From Eledone cirrhosa (Eukaryota), in contig OZ024740.1 of NCBI GenBank assembly GCA_964016885.1, positions 261,392,001 to 261,456,000 on the forward strand: a DNA stretch of 64,000 nt, read 5' to 3'. The notes under the pieces are model-generated. The model searched no databases. It had not been told where the DNA came from and saw only the letters and a list, made by a program, of their open reading frames with translations. Positions 1 to 11,802 of the stretch are shown here, piece after piece. The translations under genes were made by a program, and so were the position numbers. Positions within the stretch are counted from its first letter, which is position 1. Each line of letters opens with the position of its first letter.

Positions 1-285
1 CCATCACCTAGTTTGACACCCCACTTTAGGTACCTCCACTGTGTTGTAAGTATTTAGATCAGGTATGAGCATATTTCTCTCTTCCTTTTACCAGTCACAA
101 GGGTGTAGAAATGGGTTTGGGGCACTGTCATTCTCTCTCTGAGTAGATAGTGAAAAAAAAAAGAACACATATCATTTTACATTCACTTTCGATGCTGGCA
201 GGCATGGATGGATGGTTTGTCAAGGCTCATGCATTCCTTATTTGATTTGATTTCTGTGACTGGATGTCCTTCCTAATGCCAACTA

Positions 286-730
286 ATTTCCAGAGTGTAC
301 TGGATGTGTTTTATTGTGGTACCAGCATTACCACTTCACAGAATGTACTGGGTGAATCTTATCATGGCACCAACTTTACCACTTTACAGAGTGCACTGGG
401 TGCATTTTATCGTAGCACCAGCTCTATCACTTTACAGAATGTACCTGGTGAATTTTATCATAGCACTAGCTCTACCACTTTACAAAATGTACTGGGTGAA
501 TTTTATCATGGTGCTAGCTTTATCACCTTACATAATATGCTGGGTGCATTTTATTGTGGTACCAGTTCTACCACTTTATAGAATGTACTGAGTGCATTTT
601 ATTGTGGTACTAATTCTATCACTTTACAGCATGTATTGGGGACATTTCATCATGATACTAGTTCTACCACTTTATTGAGTGTATTGGGTATATTTCATCA
701 TGACACCAGCTCTACCACTTTGAGTGTATT
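286..730. repeat. 48-bp minisatellite (~9 diverged copies) derived from an RTE-associated UTR motif
   Basis: ACCACTTTACAG-like core recurs at about 330, 378, 426, 474, 522, 570, 618, 667 and 715. It is preceded by TGGATGTCCTTCCTAATGCCAAC, a motif also seen near 10400, 30910 and 61955. Confidence 0.85.
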
Positions 731-798
731 GAACTAATTTGTTTTGTTGTTGGTTTTATTTTGTGTAATATTTATTTTTCCTTTTTTTTATGTTGTAG

Positions 799-989
799 AT
801 TTGGCCCAAGATTCCCATCTATATCAAAAGCTTATAATTTAGAATATCGTAAACTTGCTTGTCAAATTGCTGAAGAACTAGGATATTCCCAATATCTACG
901 AGAAGGTGTATATTGTTCTCTTGGTGGTCCAGCCTATGAAACTGTAACCGAATGTCGTTTCCTCAGAAGCGTTGGAGCTGATGCTGTTG
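799..989 (+). CDS. PNP: Purine nucleoside phosphorylase, penultimate coding exon
   Basis: Translates (R)FGPRFPSISKAYN...EGVYCSLGGPAYETVTECRFLRSVGADAV(G), including the GPxxET base-binding Glu motif. Acceptor ttttttatgttgtag at 797-798 and donor gtaagt at 990. The exon is 191 bp and ends in phase 1 within Gly, as I recall for human PNP exon 5. Confidence 0.95.
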
Positions 990-1054
990 GTAAGTTCATT
1001 TCATTTGAGACTTAGTTCTGGTAAATTCTGTGTTGCTTTGTCAGTGGACAATTT

Positions 1055-2220
1055 CACCATCATCATCATCATACGCCTGCTTTTCCATGCTTGCACAGGT
1101 GGGACGGGTCCTCTTCAGCACAGCATCTTTCCATTCGCTTGTCACCTCCTCTGCGAGCTTAAGCGATCTGAGGTCAGCTCTCACCACCTCCGCCCATGTT
1201 TTTTGTGGTCTTCTTCTACTGCGTCTTCCTTCCACCCGGGATTTCCTGGCACTTCTTCACCCAGAGGTCATCTTCCATGCGCATCACATGTCCATACCAT
1301 CTCAGTCTTCTCTCCCGCACACCACAACTTATCCCTCTTATACACAGTTTCTCTCTCAATTCGTCTATGCTTGATCTTTCATGCACATTGACATTGCTGC
1401 ACATGTCTCACTACTATGCAACATTGCACATCTCAGACAGGTATCATATAACTGACTTTTCGTTTGTAGGGAGAAACCCTTTGTTGTCAACAGAGGAGGC
1501 AGCTCCCTAAACTTCTTCCATCCTGTCCTTAGTCTAGATATTATGGTCTCAGAGCATCCTCCTCCCTTGCTAATCTGATTACCTAGATATCGGAAGCTTT
1601 CAACCACCTCTATAGATCCTAGCTGCATTTGAAAAAATGTGCCTATCACTGATGCTTCTACTATCAATTTTCCTTGAACATCCACTACATATGAAGTTTT
1701 CCTTTGCTGTTAGTTTGCCTGCTATCCCACTACACCTCTTGTGTACCCATTATCTGCATTGTGTACATTCTATAGAGTTTATGTCAACTCCTTTTCTGCA
1801 TATTGAACATAGCCATTTCGCTGAAGGAATAAGAGTCTTGTCCTCTTTCCTGCTTATTCTTTAGTCTTTACTAGGTTTACTCTCAGTCCATTTGATTCTA
1901 ACTCCTGTTTCCACAGCCGGAATTTATTCTCTAGCTTCTCTATTGATTCTGCTATAGGTACCAGATCGTCAGCATAGAAAAGTTCTCATGGGCAGCCAGT
2001 CTTAAAGTCCTTTGTTATGGCTTGGAGGACTATCATGAATAAGAGTGAGCTGAGGACCGAACCCTGATGAACTCCTACTTGTAGCTGGAATTCCTCATTA
2101 AACTCTATTCCTACTCTCCCTTTACTGACAGCTCCTCTGTACGTAGCTTGCACTATCCTCATAAGCCATTCCTCTACACCTAGTTTCCTTAGGGACCACC
2201 AGATGACAGATTGGGGTACT
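1055..2220 (-). mobile_element. 5'-truncated, decayed RTE-clade LINE inside the PNP intron
   Basis: Minus-strand fragments GVHQGSVLSSLLF, ESFRYLG, RLRWYGHVMRM and RRPQKTW, with a (CAT)n 3' tail at ~1057-1072. Same family as 58650-62270. Confidence 0.9.
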
Positions 2221-2289
2221 TTTTGAAAATAATGATTGCAATTCTGAATTCTGTATGAATATATTATTTGAAACATTATTTTCAATGTG

Positions 2290-2452
2290 GGTGGTGGATT
2301 GGCAGTAATTGGTAGGGTGTTGGACAATATGCTTTGTGGCATAGAGCTACGACTCTTTACGTTCTGAGTTCAAATCCTGCTGAGGTTAGCTTTGCCTTTT
2401 ATCCTTATGGGGTCAATAAAATAAAGCACCAAAATTGTTGGCCTTGTGCCAT
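2290..2452 (+). mobile_element. Diverged tRNA-derived SINE
   Basis: GGTGGATTGGCAGT...GAGTTCAAATCC...GCCTTTTATCCTTATGGGGTCAATAAAATAAAG, matching the cleaner copies. Confidence 0.75.
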
Positions 2453-3030
2453 TATATCAAATGAGATGTGTGTGTGTGTGCATATGCATTTGTTCTTACT
2501 TTTGTCCTGTTATGTATTAGTGAAGGGCAGATTGTATGATGCATATGATAAATTCTCTATGCTGAGTAATAGTGAGACATGGCCCATGCATGCAGAAAAT
2601 TTATGATAGTTAGGTATAAATGAAGCATGCATGCTCTGCTGGAGGAGTATTATTGGTGAATTTATAGTTCTAAAATATAATATTGTCAATTTAATATCCT
2701 TGTTAGTTATATATTTTTATTTCTAGAAGCTGTTTGATGCCATGATACAATACATCCAGTACACTTTGTAAAGTGGCTGGTGCTAGGAATGGCATCCAGC
2801 TGTAGAAAGGATGTCAAAATGTGGAATATATAAGCAAGGCATAGTTGGTTGACCCTCTTGTCTCACTGTGATCAGCATGGAAAATAGACATAAAATGATG
2901 AATGTTGATATGCAGACAGGGCTGGCTCTATCATTGAAGCCAACTAGGCAGCTGCCAAGAGTGCTGACCCCAGAGATGTGAATTATTGTACTATAAAGGA
3001 TTATAGTTTTATATATATATTTGTTTATCA

Positions 3031-3180
3031 AGGTGGTGAATTGGCAGAATCGTTAGAACATCAGATAGAATGCTTTGCAGTATTTGTGTCTGCTCTCTGA
3101 GTTCAAATCCTGTCAAGCTCAACTTTGCCTTTCATTCATTTGAGGTTAAAAAAAGTACCAGTTTAGTATTGGGGTCGATT
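3031..3180 (+). mobile_element. Diverged tRNA-derived SINE
   Basis: GGTGGTGAATTGGCAGAATCG...GAGTTCAAATCC...CTTTGCCTTTCATTC...AAGTACCAG. Confidence 0.7.
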
Positions 3181-3624
3181 CTTCCTCTATATCTTTTTCT
3201 CGCGTCCTTTTTCTCAGGACGAAATCTGGAAGAAATCTGCTGTATTCAGACCTGGAGAGGGATGGGCTCTGCCAGGTTTAAAAATGTCCTAGAAATGCCA
3301 TATACCAATATGGCGCCCCTATGATTCCTTCAGGAGTTGCGGTACTGTGTATGCATACATTTGTATATTAAATATATAATAATTTCCTGTGATCAATGAA
3401 TAAGTTACTAAACATCTTTGCCACATGGCAGTGATGTGGAAATATCCAAAGCAGTGGAGAGGGTCGTATGGTGTAATGACCTGTCACATGATTGTGTTTG
3501 GCTGAATGTGGACTGTGTAGTGCAATGTGCAGGCCGAGTAATATTTTTTTTAATGTGGTCAGAACAAGAAGCATCAAAAACTAGGTTTTCTGTTTATCAT
3601 ACTTTAAATGGAAATTATATTATT

Positions 3625-5668
3625 TATACATTGTATAGCTAGCCTAAGGTGTTAAATACCCAGGTACACATTGTAGAGCTAGCCTAAGGTTCTAAATACC
3701 AAAGTACACATTGTAGAGCCAGTGTAGTGTTCTAAGTACCCAAGTACACATTGTAGAGCTATTCTAGTGTTTTAGATACCCAAGTACACATTGTAGAGAT
3801 AGCTTAAGGTGTTAAATACATAGAGACACATTGTAGAGCGAGCTTAGTGTTCTAAATACCCTGGTACACATTGTAGAGCTAGCCAAAGGTTCTAAATACT
3901 CAGGTCCACATTGTAGGGCTGATCTAACGTGTTAAATACCCTGGTACACGTTGTAGAGCTAGACTAAGGTATTAAATACCCTGGTACATATTGTATGGCG
4001 AGCCTAGTGTTCTAAATACCCTGGTACACGTTGTAGAGCTAGACTAAGGTATTAAATACCCTGGTACATATTGTATGGCGAGCCTAGTGTTCTAAATACC
4101 CAGGTACACATTGTAGAACTAGACTAAGGTATTAAATACCCTGGTACATATTGTATGGCGAGCCTAGTGTTCTAAATACCCTGGTACACGTTGTAGAGCT
4201 AGACTAAGGTATTAAATACCCTGGTACATATTGTATGGCGAGCCTAGTGTTCTAAATACCCAGGTACACGTTGTAGAGCTAGACTAAGGTATTAAATACC
4301 CTGGTACATATTGTATGGCGAGCCTAGTGTTCTAAATACCCAGGTACACGTTGTAGAGCTAGACTAAGGTATTAAATACCCTGGTACATATTGTATGGCG
4401 AGCCTAGTGTTCTAAATACCCTGGTACACGTTGTAGAGCTAGACTAAGGTATTAAATACCCTGGTACATATTGTATGGCGAGCCTAGTGTTCTAAATACC
4501 CAGGTACACATTGTAGAACTAGACTAAGGTATTAAATACCCTGGTACATATTGTATGGCGAGCCTAGTGTTCTAAATACCCTGGTACACGTTGTAGAGCT
4601 AGACTAAGGTATTAAATACCCTGGTACATATTGTATGGCGAGCCTAGTGTTCTAAATACCCAGGTACACATTGTAGAACTAGACTAAGGTATTAAATACC
4701 CTGGTACATATTGTATGGCGAGCCTAGTGTTCTAAATACGCAGGTACACGTTGTAGAGCTAGACTAAGGTATTAAATACCCTGGTACATATTGTATGGCG
4801 AGCCTAGTGTTCTAAATACCCTGGTACACGTTGTAGAGCTAGACTAAGGTATTAAATACCCTGGTACATATTGTATGGCGAGCCTAGTGTTCTAAATACC
4901 CAGGTACACATTGTAGAACTAGACTAAGGTATTAAATACCCTGGTACATATTGTATGGCGAGCCTAGTGTTCTAAATACCCAGGTACACATTGTAGAACT
5001 AGACTAAGGTATTAAATACCCTGGTACATATTGTATGGCGAGCCTAGTGTTCTAAATACCCTGGTACACGTTGTAGAGCTAGACTAAGGTATTAAATACC
5101 CTGGTACATATTGTATGGCGAGCCTAGTGTTCTAAATACCCAGGTACACATTGTAGAACTAGACTAAGGTATTAAATACCCTGGTACATATTGTATGGCG
5201 AGCCTAGTGTTCTAAATACGCAGGTACACGTTGTAGAGCTAGACTAAGGTATTAAATACCCTGGTACATATTGTATGGCGAGCCTAGTGTTCTAAATACC
5301 CTGGTACACGTTGTAGAGCTAGACTAAGGTATTAAATACCCTGGTACATATTGTATGGCGAGCCTAGTGTTCTAAATACGCAGGTACACGTTGTAGAGCT
5401 AGACTAAGGTATTAAATACCCTGGTACATATTGTATGGCGAGCCTAGTGTTCTAAATACGCAGGTACACGTTGTAGAGCTAGACTAAGGTATTAAATACC
5501 CTGGTACATATTGTATGGCGAGCCTAGTGTTCTAAATACCCAGGTACACGTTGTAGAGCTAGACTAAGGTATTAAATACCCTGGTACATATTGTATGGCG
5601 AGCCTAGTGTTCTAAATACCCAGGTATACATTGTAGAACTAGCTTAGGGTACTAAATACTCAGGTACT
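3625..5668. repeat. 40-bp satellite with an 80-bp dimeric higher-order repeat (~50 monomers)
   Basis: Alternating CAGGTACACGTTGTAGAGCTAGACTAAGGTATTAAATACC and CTGGTACATATTGTATGGCGAGCCTAGTGTTCTAAATACC units from ~3941 to ~5620, with diverged monomers at both edges. Confidence 0.97.
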
Positions 5669-5746
5669 AGTTCTGTATGTAGGTGTGTGTGTGTGTGTGT
5701 GTCAGTGAATCAATCATTCAACCTATCCTCTATTGTTTAATTTCAG

Positions 5747-5949
5747 GTATGAGTACTTGTCCCGAAGTGATTGTAGCAGCACATGCCTCTATGAAAGTAT
5801 TTGGTTTATCTCTTATCACTAACAAGTGTATCATGGAATACGATAGTGATAAAGCTTCAAACCATGAGGAGGTTCTAGAAACCGGCAAGAAGCAAGCAAG
5901 CTTATTATTGAAGTTTATCTCTTCAGTTATCAGCAGAATGAATGTTTAG
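5747..5949 (+). CDS. PNP: Purine nucleoside phosphorylase, last coding exon
   Basis: Acceptor tttcag at 5741-5746. G989 plus GT5747-48 gives Gly, then MSTCPEVIVAAHASMKVFGLSLITNKC...NHEEVLETG...MNV*, containing the GMST, TN and NHEEV motifs of trimeric PNPs. Stop TAG at 5947-5949. Confidence 0.95.
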
Positions 5950-5975
5950 CAAGTCACACCAGTGGTTAGTTAAGT

Positions 5976-6022
<47 letters not shown>

Positions 6023-6138
6023 TTAACCTAGATATATATAACATAGATAACAATCAAATTTTGTTTAATGCATTCAATTGCTAACTATCTTTTTTTCCAG
6101 ACAAAGGTCTGGAATCATCGGAGCATATACAATGTTAA

Positions 6139-6148
6139 AATAAATAAA
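6139..6148 (+). promoter_or_regulatory. Candidate PNP polyadenylation signal (two overlapping AATAAA)
   Basis: AATAAATAAA ~190 nt after the stop codon. The context is AT-rich, so a chance match is possible. Confidence 0.35.
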
Positions 6149-6200
6149 TTCCTAATCCTTAGAACATTCATTAAGATACATTATATTTGAGAAAACTAAT

Positions 6201-6385
6201 GCGGTGGATTGGGAGTATCGGTAGAGGGTCGGACGCCATGCTTTCCAGCATAGTTACGTCCCTTTATGATCAGAGTTCAAATCCCGCCGAGGTTGGCTTT
6301 GCCTTTCATCCTTACGGGGTCGATAAAATAAAGTACCAGTAATGCACTGGGTGATTGCTGGCCTTGTGCCTAAAGTAGAAACAAT
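6201..6385 (+). mobile_element. tRNA-derived SINE with target-site duplication
   Basis: B-box-like GAGTTCAAATCC and 3' end GTAGAAACAATTA. TSD ATTATATTTGAGAA(A/G)ACTAAT at 6180-6200 and 6384-6404. Confidence 0.92.
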
Positions 6386-6519
6386 TATATTTGAGAAGAC
6401 TAATTATAATTGTTAGTGTCAGTTACAATATATTAAAGAGTAAAAACAAAAGACCATTATAATGTAATAATTATAATGAAAAGATAGTAATAAAGTATTG
6501 TAAAGAAAAGCTGTTTTAA

Positions 6520-6740
6520 CCTTTTAGCATTTAAACTGGTCGTATCCGGCCAGAACTCTCTCACTTCTTTCTGTTCAAGGCCGGCTGTAACTGGTCGCTT
6601 ATACTGATGTTAAGGTATTGTTCTCAAAATAAATCATATCAAAATCTCATAGATTTCATATTATGTGAGACATTATGTGAGATAAAGCCTTTACCTCAAA
6701 AATACAATAGTATATATAGAGTAATGTAAATGCTAAAGGG
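6520..6740. mobile_element. piggyBac-like MITE
   Basis: TTAA|CCTTTTAGCATTTA ... TAAATGCTAAAGGG|TTAA: terminal inverted repeats with TTAA on both sides. Confidence 0.85.
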
Positions 6741-7046
6741 TTAAAGCTATATGATATATGCAAGAAATATTACTTATAAAACATGATGTCAAGAATATAA
6801 ATAATAACAGAGAACATGCAATAAAAGTAATTGTGTAGTGATAGCGTACATATAAGTGTTATATATTATAAGCATTATAAGATATATTAGTTATAGGTAA
6901 AGATATTTAGGTGAAAAGTTTTATACTGTTAGTCAAGTTTATGTAGAAAATGGTAATATCTATAGTTGTGAAGTGTGTAAGCAATAAGTATAGAATTGTA
7001 CAGTTCAAACAGATATATACAAAAAACACATAATTCAAAGGTATGG

Positions 7047-7084
<38 letters not shown>

Positions 7085-7940
7085 AGTCATCAACCTTGTT
7101 TCAGCAGAAGCAAAGGGAAGCAACCAACAGCTGTTTCTGGCTGTTTGGTCGATGTCAAGGTAACGCACCCCTTCCCTTTCCTCCTACAGGAACTCAAATA
7201 AGCTGAAAACATATTTTATTGTTTATGTATATGGGCTGATTAGCCTCATTTGCATATAGAGCTTTAGGCTGAAACAATTCTAATCCTGTAGCAGTCATTT
7301 CTCTTTCTCTCCCTATATATATATATATACATATACATACACTGGGTGACTCAGAAACAATTGGACTCATTTTTAATTTTTGTCTGTTATTCATTTTGAC
7401 AAAAGCTGATGAAACGCTGAATATATTTAGTTCAAACCATTAAAAGCATATAAAAAATTTAATATCTTCCGTTGTTTCTGTCCACAGTTACAGCAGATGT
7501 TGTAAGTGATACCCATTTAAATCCATGCATGTTTTGAGGCACATGGTGAAGTTTAGCATATTGTCTTTACAAACAGACCTATGGATGACTCTGATCTCCT
7601 CCCCTATGCTTTCCTTTGGTTCAGTGATTGTCCTGGATTTGTTGACATATATTCTACCCTTCAGATAGCCCCAAGAAAGAATTATCTGGAGCTTAAATAA
7701 AGCTGTGTGTGTGTGTGGGAGGGGGATCACTTAAGATCAGTCTATAATTTTGATATTTCCGTTGTGCCTATATATTTAATGCTTGGCTTATACTTGTTTC
7801 GCACTCTCTTTAAATGGTTGTTTTGCATCCTATATGGATAGAGCACACTGCTGTCCTTGCTACTGGCATTTAATTCTCACAAACTAATCTCTACTCTCTC
7901 CTGGATTGGATTGTACACATACATATGATATATATATATA

Positions 7941-8327
7941 TATAAAAGAGAAAACACAGGTAAGCATTAAGAGAAGGATTTTATCCAGGTATTTACGACC
8001 GTTTCATTGGTAAGTGCAACCTTATATTGCTATACTGCAAATAGCAGCCACTCAATTATAATTGTTGTTCACAGTCCAAATTTTTCAAAATAGTAAGTTA
8101 CTCTTGAAATAATTCTTAATATATATATATATATATATTCTCTATATATTAAGAATTATTTCAAGAGTAACTTACTATTTTGAAAAATTTTGACTGTGAA
8201 CAACAATTATAATTGAGTGGCTGTTATTTGCAGTATAGCAATATAAGGTTGCACTTACCAATGAAACGGTCGTAAATACCTGGATAAAATCCTTCTCTTA
8301 ATGCTTACCTGTGTTTTCTCTTTTATA
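7941..8327. repeat. Long near-perfect inverted repeat (~185-bp arms) centred on (TA)n; probable Penelope-like terminal remnant
   Basis: 7941-8125 is the reverse complement of 8143-8327, with about two mismatches seen. The right arm contains the hammerhead-like half GAAAC-GGTC-GTA at 8263-8274. Confidence 0.9.
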
Positions 8328-8740
8328 CTTTATACTCCAAGATTGAACGGAATTCTTACAAACTTGTGGAGGTACCCCTAACCGTACGTTGAAACCATCC
8401 ATGAAACTGGCTTTCTTAACCAAAAACTGGATCACAATAAGCAATTTTTTGCTTCTCTAACTATATATATATATATATGTTGGAAGATATGTCAGGTTAA
8501 AATTTGTTTGTGAGAATCAATGTGTAAACAAAAATAAATATGGAAGATTGCTTACCAAAGTATTTTTCTCGATGTGGTCATTGCAGGAGGTAAGGTTACC
8601 GTCCAATTAGAGGGTTTAAGGTACAGTATCCAAGTGAAGATGAGAGAGAAATTATAATATTAAAGGTATATAGTACCAGGAAAAACAAATGACTAGGCAA
8701 AAAGTAAAGGTTGGAGGAGAAAGATTTATTTAGAGTTTGT

Positions 8741-8833
8741 TCTTTAACATATGTTTCAATACAATATCAGTCTACGAGTTGGCTTATGCCCAATTGCAAG
8801 CATTACGTAAAATATTGCACTTCATCATAAAGA
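8741..8833 (-). ncRNA. Degenerate minimal hammerhead-like motif
   Basis: Minus strand reads TCTTT-ATGATGA-a-GTGCAATAT...ATATTGTAT-t-GAAAC-ATAT-GTT-AAAGA. Stems I and II are present, but the first core base is A instead of C. Confidence 0.5.
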
Positions 8834-9589
8834 GTATATATATATATGGATTACTACCCCTGGAAAGATTCTAACCAAGGAACATCTGTCTACATCACTC
8901 AAGAATATTCTGGCACCGGATGGTGACTCATATCGTAAACTCTTGATTATTTTCTATGTATTCTTAATTGGTATGGTATGAACCTCATCCATTGTATAGA
9001 GTTATCTCATTTATGTAATATAGTTGACACTTCAAACAATAACTAGACTCCTGAGGATATGTAGAGCGATGAACAAATACCTTGTATGTATCGTGGTATG
9101 GCCCAACCCTCTATATTGTAACATATGTAGAATAAAGATATGTTTTGAATATAACTTGATTCTTTCTGTTAATAATTTTTGAGCTCTGCAGCCTGTATCC
9201 TGTAACAGAATCTCTAACACCTGGGAAAATCCTCAGCCGATTTCGAATTACTGCTGTATCAAAGAAACTGGATAACATCGATCTTCTCTCATCTTTACCA
9301 GGATCTATATTGGAAAACCCCAATATCAACATGCACACACATATATACACTCACACGTACACTCACATGCACATACATACACACTCTTCTGTTTCTCCAC
9401 ACAATAGTTGATGTCCAGTTCTAACATCCAGTCTAATCCTGTCCACTCCACTCCACTACAACACAACTCAACAACAGTTGATATTTACTCCACTCCACCA
9501 TCACTCAATCATAAGGACATAAGTTAAATTCCTGTCAGCACCAGGCAGCATGTTGTGTCCTTGAGTAAGATGTTTTATTTGATGTTACT

Positions 9590-9980
9590 CCAGGACGAGA
9601 CGGAGCCCCAACTCTTGTTTTCTCCACACCAGACGAGACAGTGTACTACCTTTCTTTTTCTCCCCAGCATGTTGTGTCCTTGAGATCCAAAGGTCTGAGG
9701 ACTTATCACCACATCTTGTTTTCTCTACACCAGGATGAGATGGTACACCTATCTCTCATTTTCTCTACACCAGGATGAGACGGAGCCACACCTCTCGTTA
9801 TTTTCACACTAGGATAAGATTGTGCCCCACCTGAACAAGACGGAGCCACACCTCTCGTTATTTTCACACTAGGATAAGATTGTGACCCACCTGGATGAGA
9901 CGGAGCCACAAAACGATGAGACAGAGCCCCACCTCTCATTTTCTTCACACCAGGATAAGATGGTGCCATTCCTCTCAACT
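9590..9980. repeat. Diverged ~40/60-bp minisatellite
   Basis: Recurring CAGGATGAGACGGAGCCACACCTCTC...TTTTC..CAC units; 9781-9900 is a near-exact 60-bp duplication. Confidence 0.75.
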
Positions 9981-10289
9981 AAATTGTTTCATTGTTTTTA
10001 CTGTTATATTATGTGTCTGATTATGTGGTTGTTGGTGTGTAACTGTCTGTGGGGCTGTATGTGTGTGAGAGACTTTGGTTGTTTAACTGTGTGTTTGTCT
10101 ATGCGGCAGTTAATGTGTGACTGTCTTATGTTTGTGGCTGTTTATGTGTGTGTGTGTCTGTCTATGTGGCTGTTGTATGGCTATAATAATAATAATGAAA
10201 TTATTGTGTACAGTGCTCAGGTGCACTACAATATATATATATCTCATTTTTGATGATTTAATGTCAAAAAACAAAAACTGATGATTATA

Positions 10290-10740
10290 TATCATCGTTT
10301 AACGTCCATCTTCACGCTAGCATGGGTTCCATTTAGTGCGAGATTGGTCTGGAGACCGTGTCTCGCTTGTGCGGAAGTGTCGGTGGCAGGTTTTCTATGG
10401 CTGGATGCCCTTCTAACACCAACCATTTTTACAGTGTGGACTGGGAGCCTTTTTACCGTGTCTCCTACACGACCACTTTACAGTGTAGACTGAGTGCTTT
10501 TTGTTGTGTCACCGAAACAGTGGATGGAAATGGGGGGATGGGGTAGGGTGTGTGGAGTGGGGTATATATTGGGTTAAGAGGTGCCTACTCACTGTAGGTT
10601 TGTATGCAAGGGAAGGCGGGTCTTCTGTACAACTGCATGGCGCCAAAGATCTTGATCCAGTGACATTGTCTTAGAGAGGTGTAAGTGAGCAAGGTCAGTT
10701 TTTATCACCTTGTCCCAGGTTTTTCTTGGTCTACCCACTC
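10290..10740 (-). mobile_element. RTE 3'-end fragment
   Basis: Minus strand encodes GRPRKTWDKVIKTDL. The + strand shows the tail CATCGTTTAACGTCC and the GGCTGGATGCCCTT motif. Confidence 0.7.
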
Positions 10741-10757
10741 ATATATATATATATATA

Positions 10758-10884
10758 CAGGTAAAATTCTGTTATAACCAATAAATAGCATTATAACAAA
10801 TTTTTCAGTATAATGACATTTTTTCAATCGCCGGCCACACACTCAATGTGTTTTGGTTGATCTCATTATAACGGAATTTCACTG
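10758..10884. mobile_element. Tc1/pogo(Tigger)-like MITE
   Basis: TA|CAGGTAAAATTCTGTTATAA ... TTATAACGGAATTTCACTG|TA terminal inverted repeats within a TA tract. Confidence 0.75.
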
Positions 10885-11020
10885 TATATATATATTACTA
10901 GCTGGCCCATCTGGCTGGTGCCCGGCTACCATTGGCGTGTTTCTATGGTATCCAGATATATATATATAGCTGACGTACCTAGCTTCGCTTGGATAAACAG
11001 ATGATAAGTTGTCTGTGTTG

Positions 11021-11641
11021 TACAGTATTATTGTTGAAAATATATAGTACGGTATTACTGGTGATAATATATAGTATAGTATTACTGTTGAAAATATATA
11101 GTACAGTATTACTGTTGAAAATATATAGTATAGTATTACTGTTGAAAATATATAGTATAGTATTACTGTTGAAAATATATAGTACAGTATTACTGTTGAA
11201 AATATATAGTATAGTATTACTGTTGAAAATATATAGTATAGTATTACTGTTGAAAATATATAGTATAGTATTACTGTTGAAAATATATAGTACAGTATTA
11301 CTGTTGAAAATATATAGTATAGTATTACTGTTGAAAACATGTAGTATAGTATTACTGTTGAAAATATATAGTACAGTATTACTGTTGAAAATATATAGTA
11401 TAGTATTACTGTTGAAAATATATAGTATAATATTAATTTTGAAAACTACTGTATTACTATTGAAAATATATAGTATAGTATTACTGTTGAAAATATATAG
11501 TACAGTATTACTGTTGAAAATATATAGTATAGTACAATATTACTGTTGAAAATACAGTATAATATTACTGTTGAAAACTTATAGTATTACTGTTGAAAAT
11601 ATATAGTATAATACAGTATTACTGTTGAAAATATATAGTAC
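11021..11641. repeat. 27-bp satellite array 1 (TATATAGTAYAGTATTACTGTTGAAAA)
   Basis: Tandem 27-bp units, visible as the 9-aa periodicity of the spurious ORFs. Bounded by (C)TAGCTGACGTACC / CTAGCAGAATGGTCTGGCGTTGCTCGGG, which resemble Helentron-type ends. Confidence 0.95.
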
Positions 11642-11802
11642 TAGCAGAATGGTCTGGCGTTGCTCGGGATTTGTTCTAGGGTTCTTATATATTTGATATA
11701 TATTTATCCTTATCGAGCCTCGTGAAATAAATACGTTTGTTTATATTTTGTTATTGTGTATGCAAAAATATCTGTACACGAATATATAATTATATATATA
11801 TA

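Noticed and set aside
3625-5668. CRISPR-like array
   Set aside because: The alternating 40-bp segments are related to each other and repeat, so there are no unique spacers. There are no cas genes and the array is in a eukaryotic intron.
6201-6300. Functional tRNA genes
   Set aside because: The A/B-box-like motifs belong to multicopy SINEs with TSDs, and no complete cloverleaf was seen.
7405-7447. Hammerhead candidate starting CTGATGA
   Set aside because: There is no GAAAC (it reads CAAAC) and no proper stem III or cleavage triplet.
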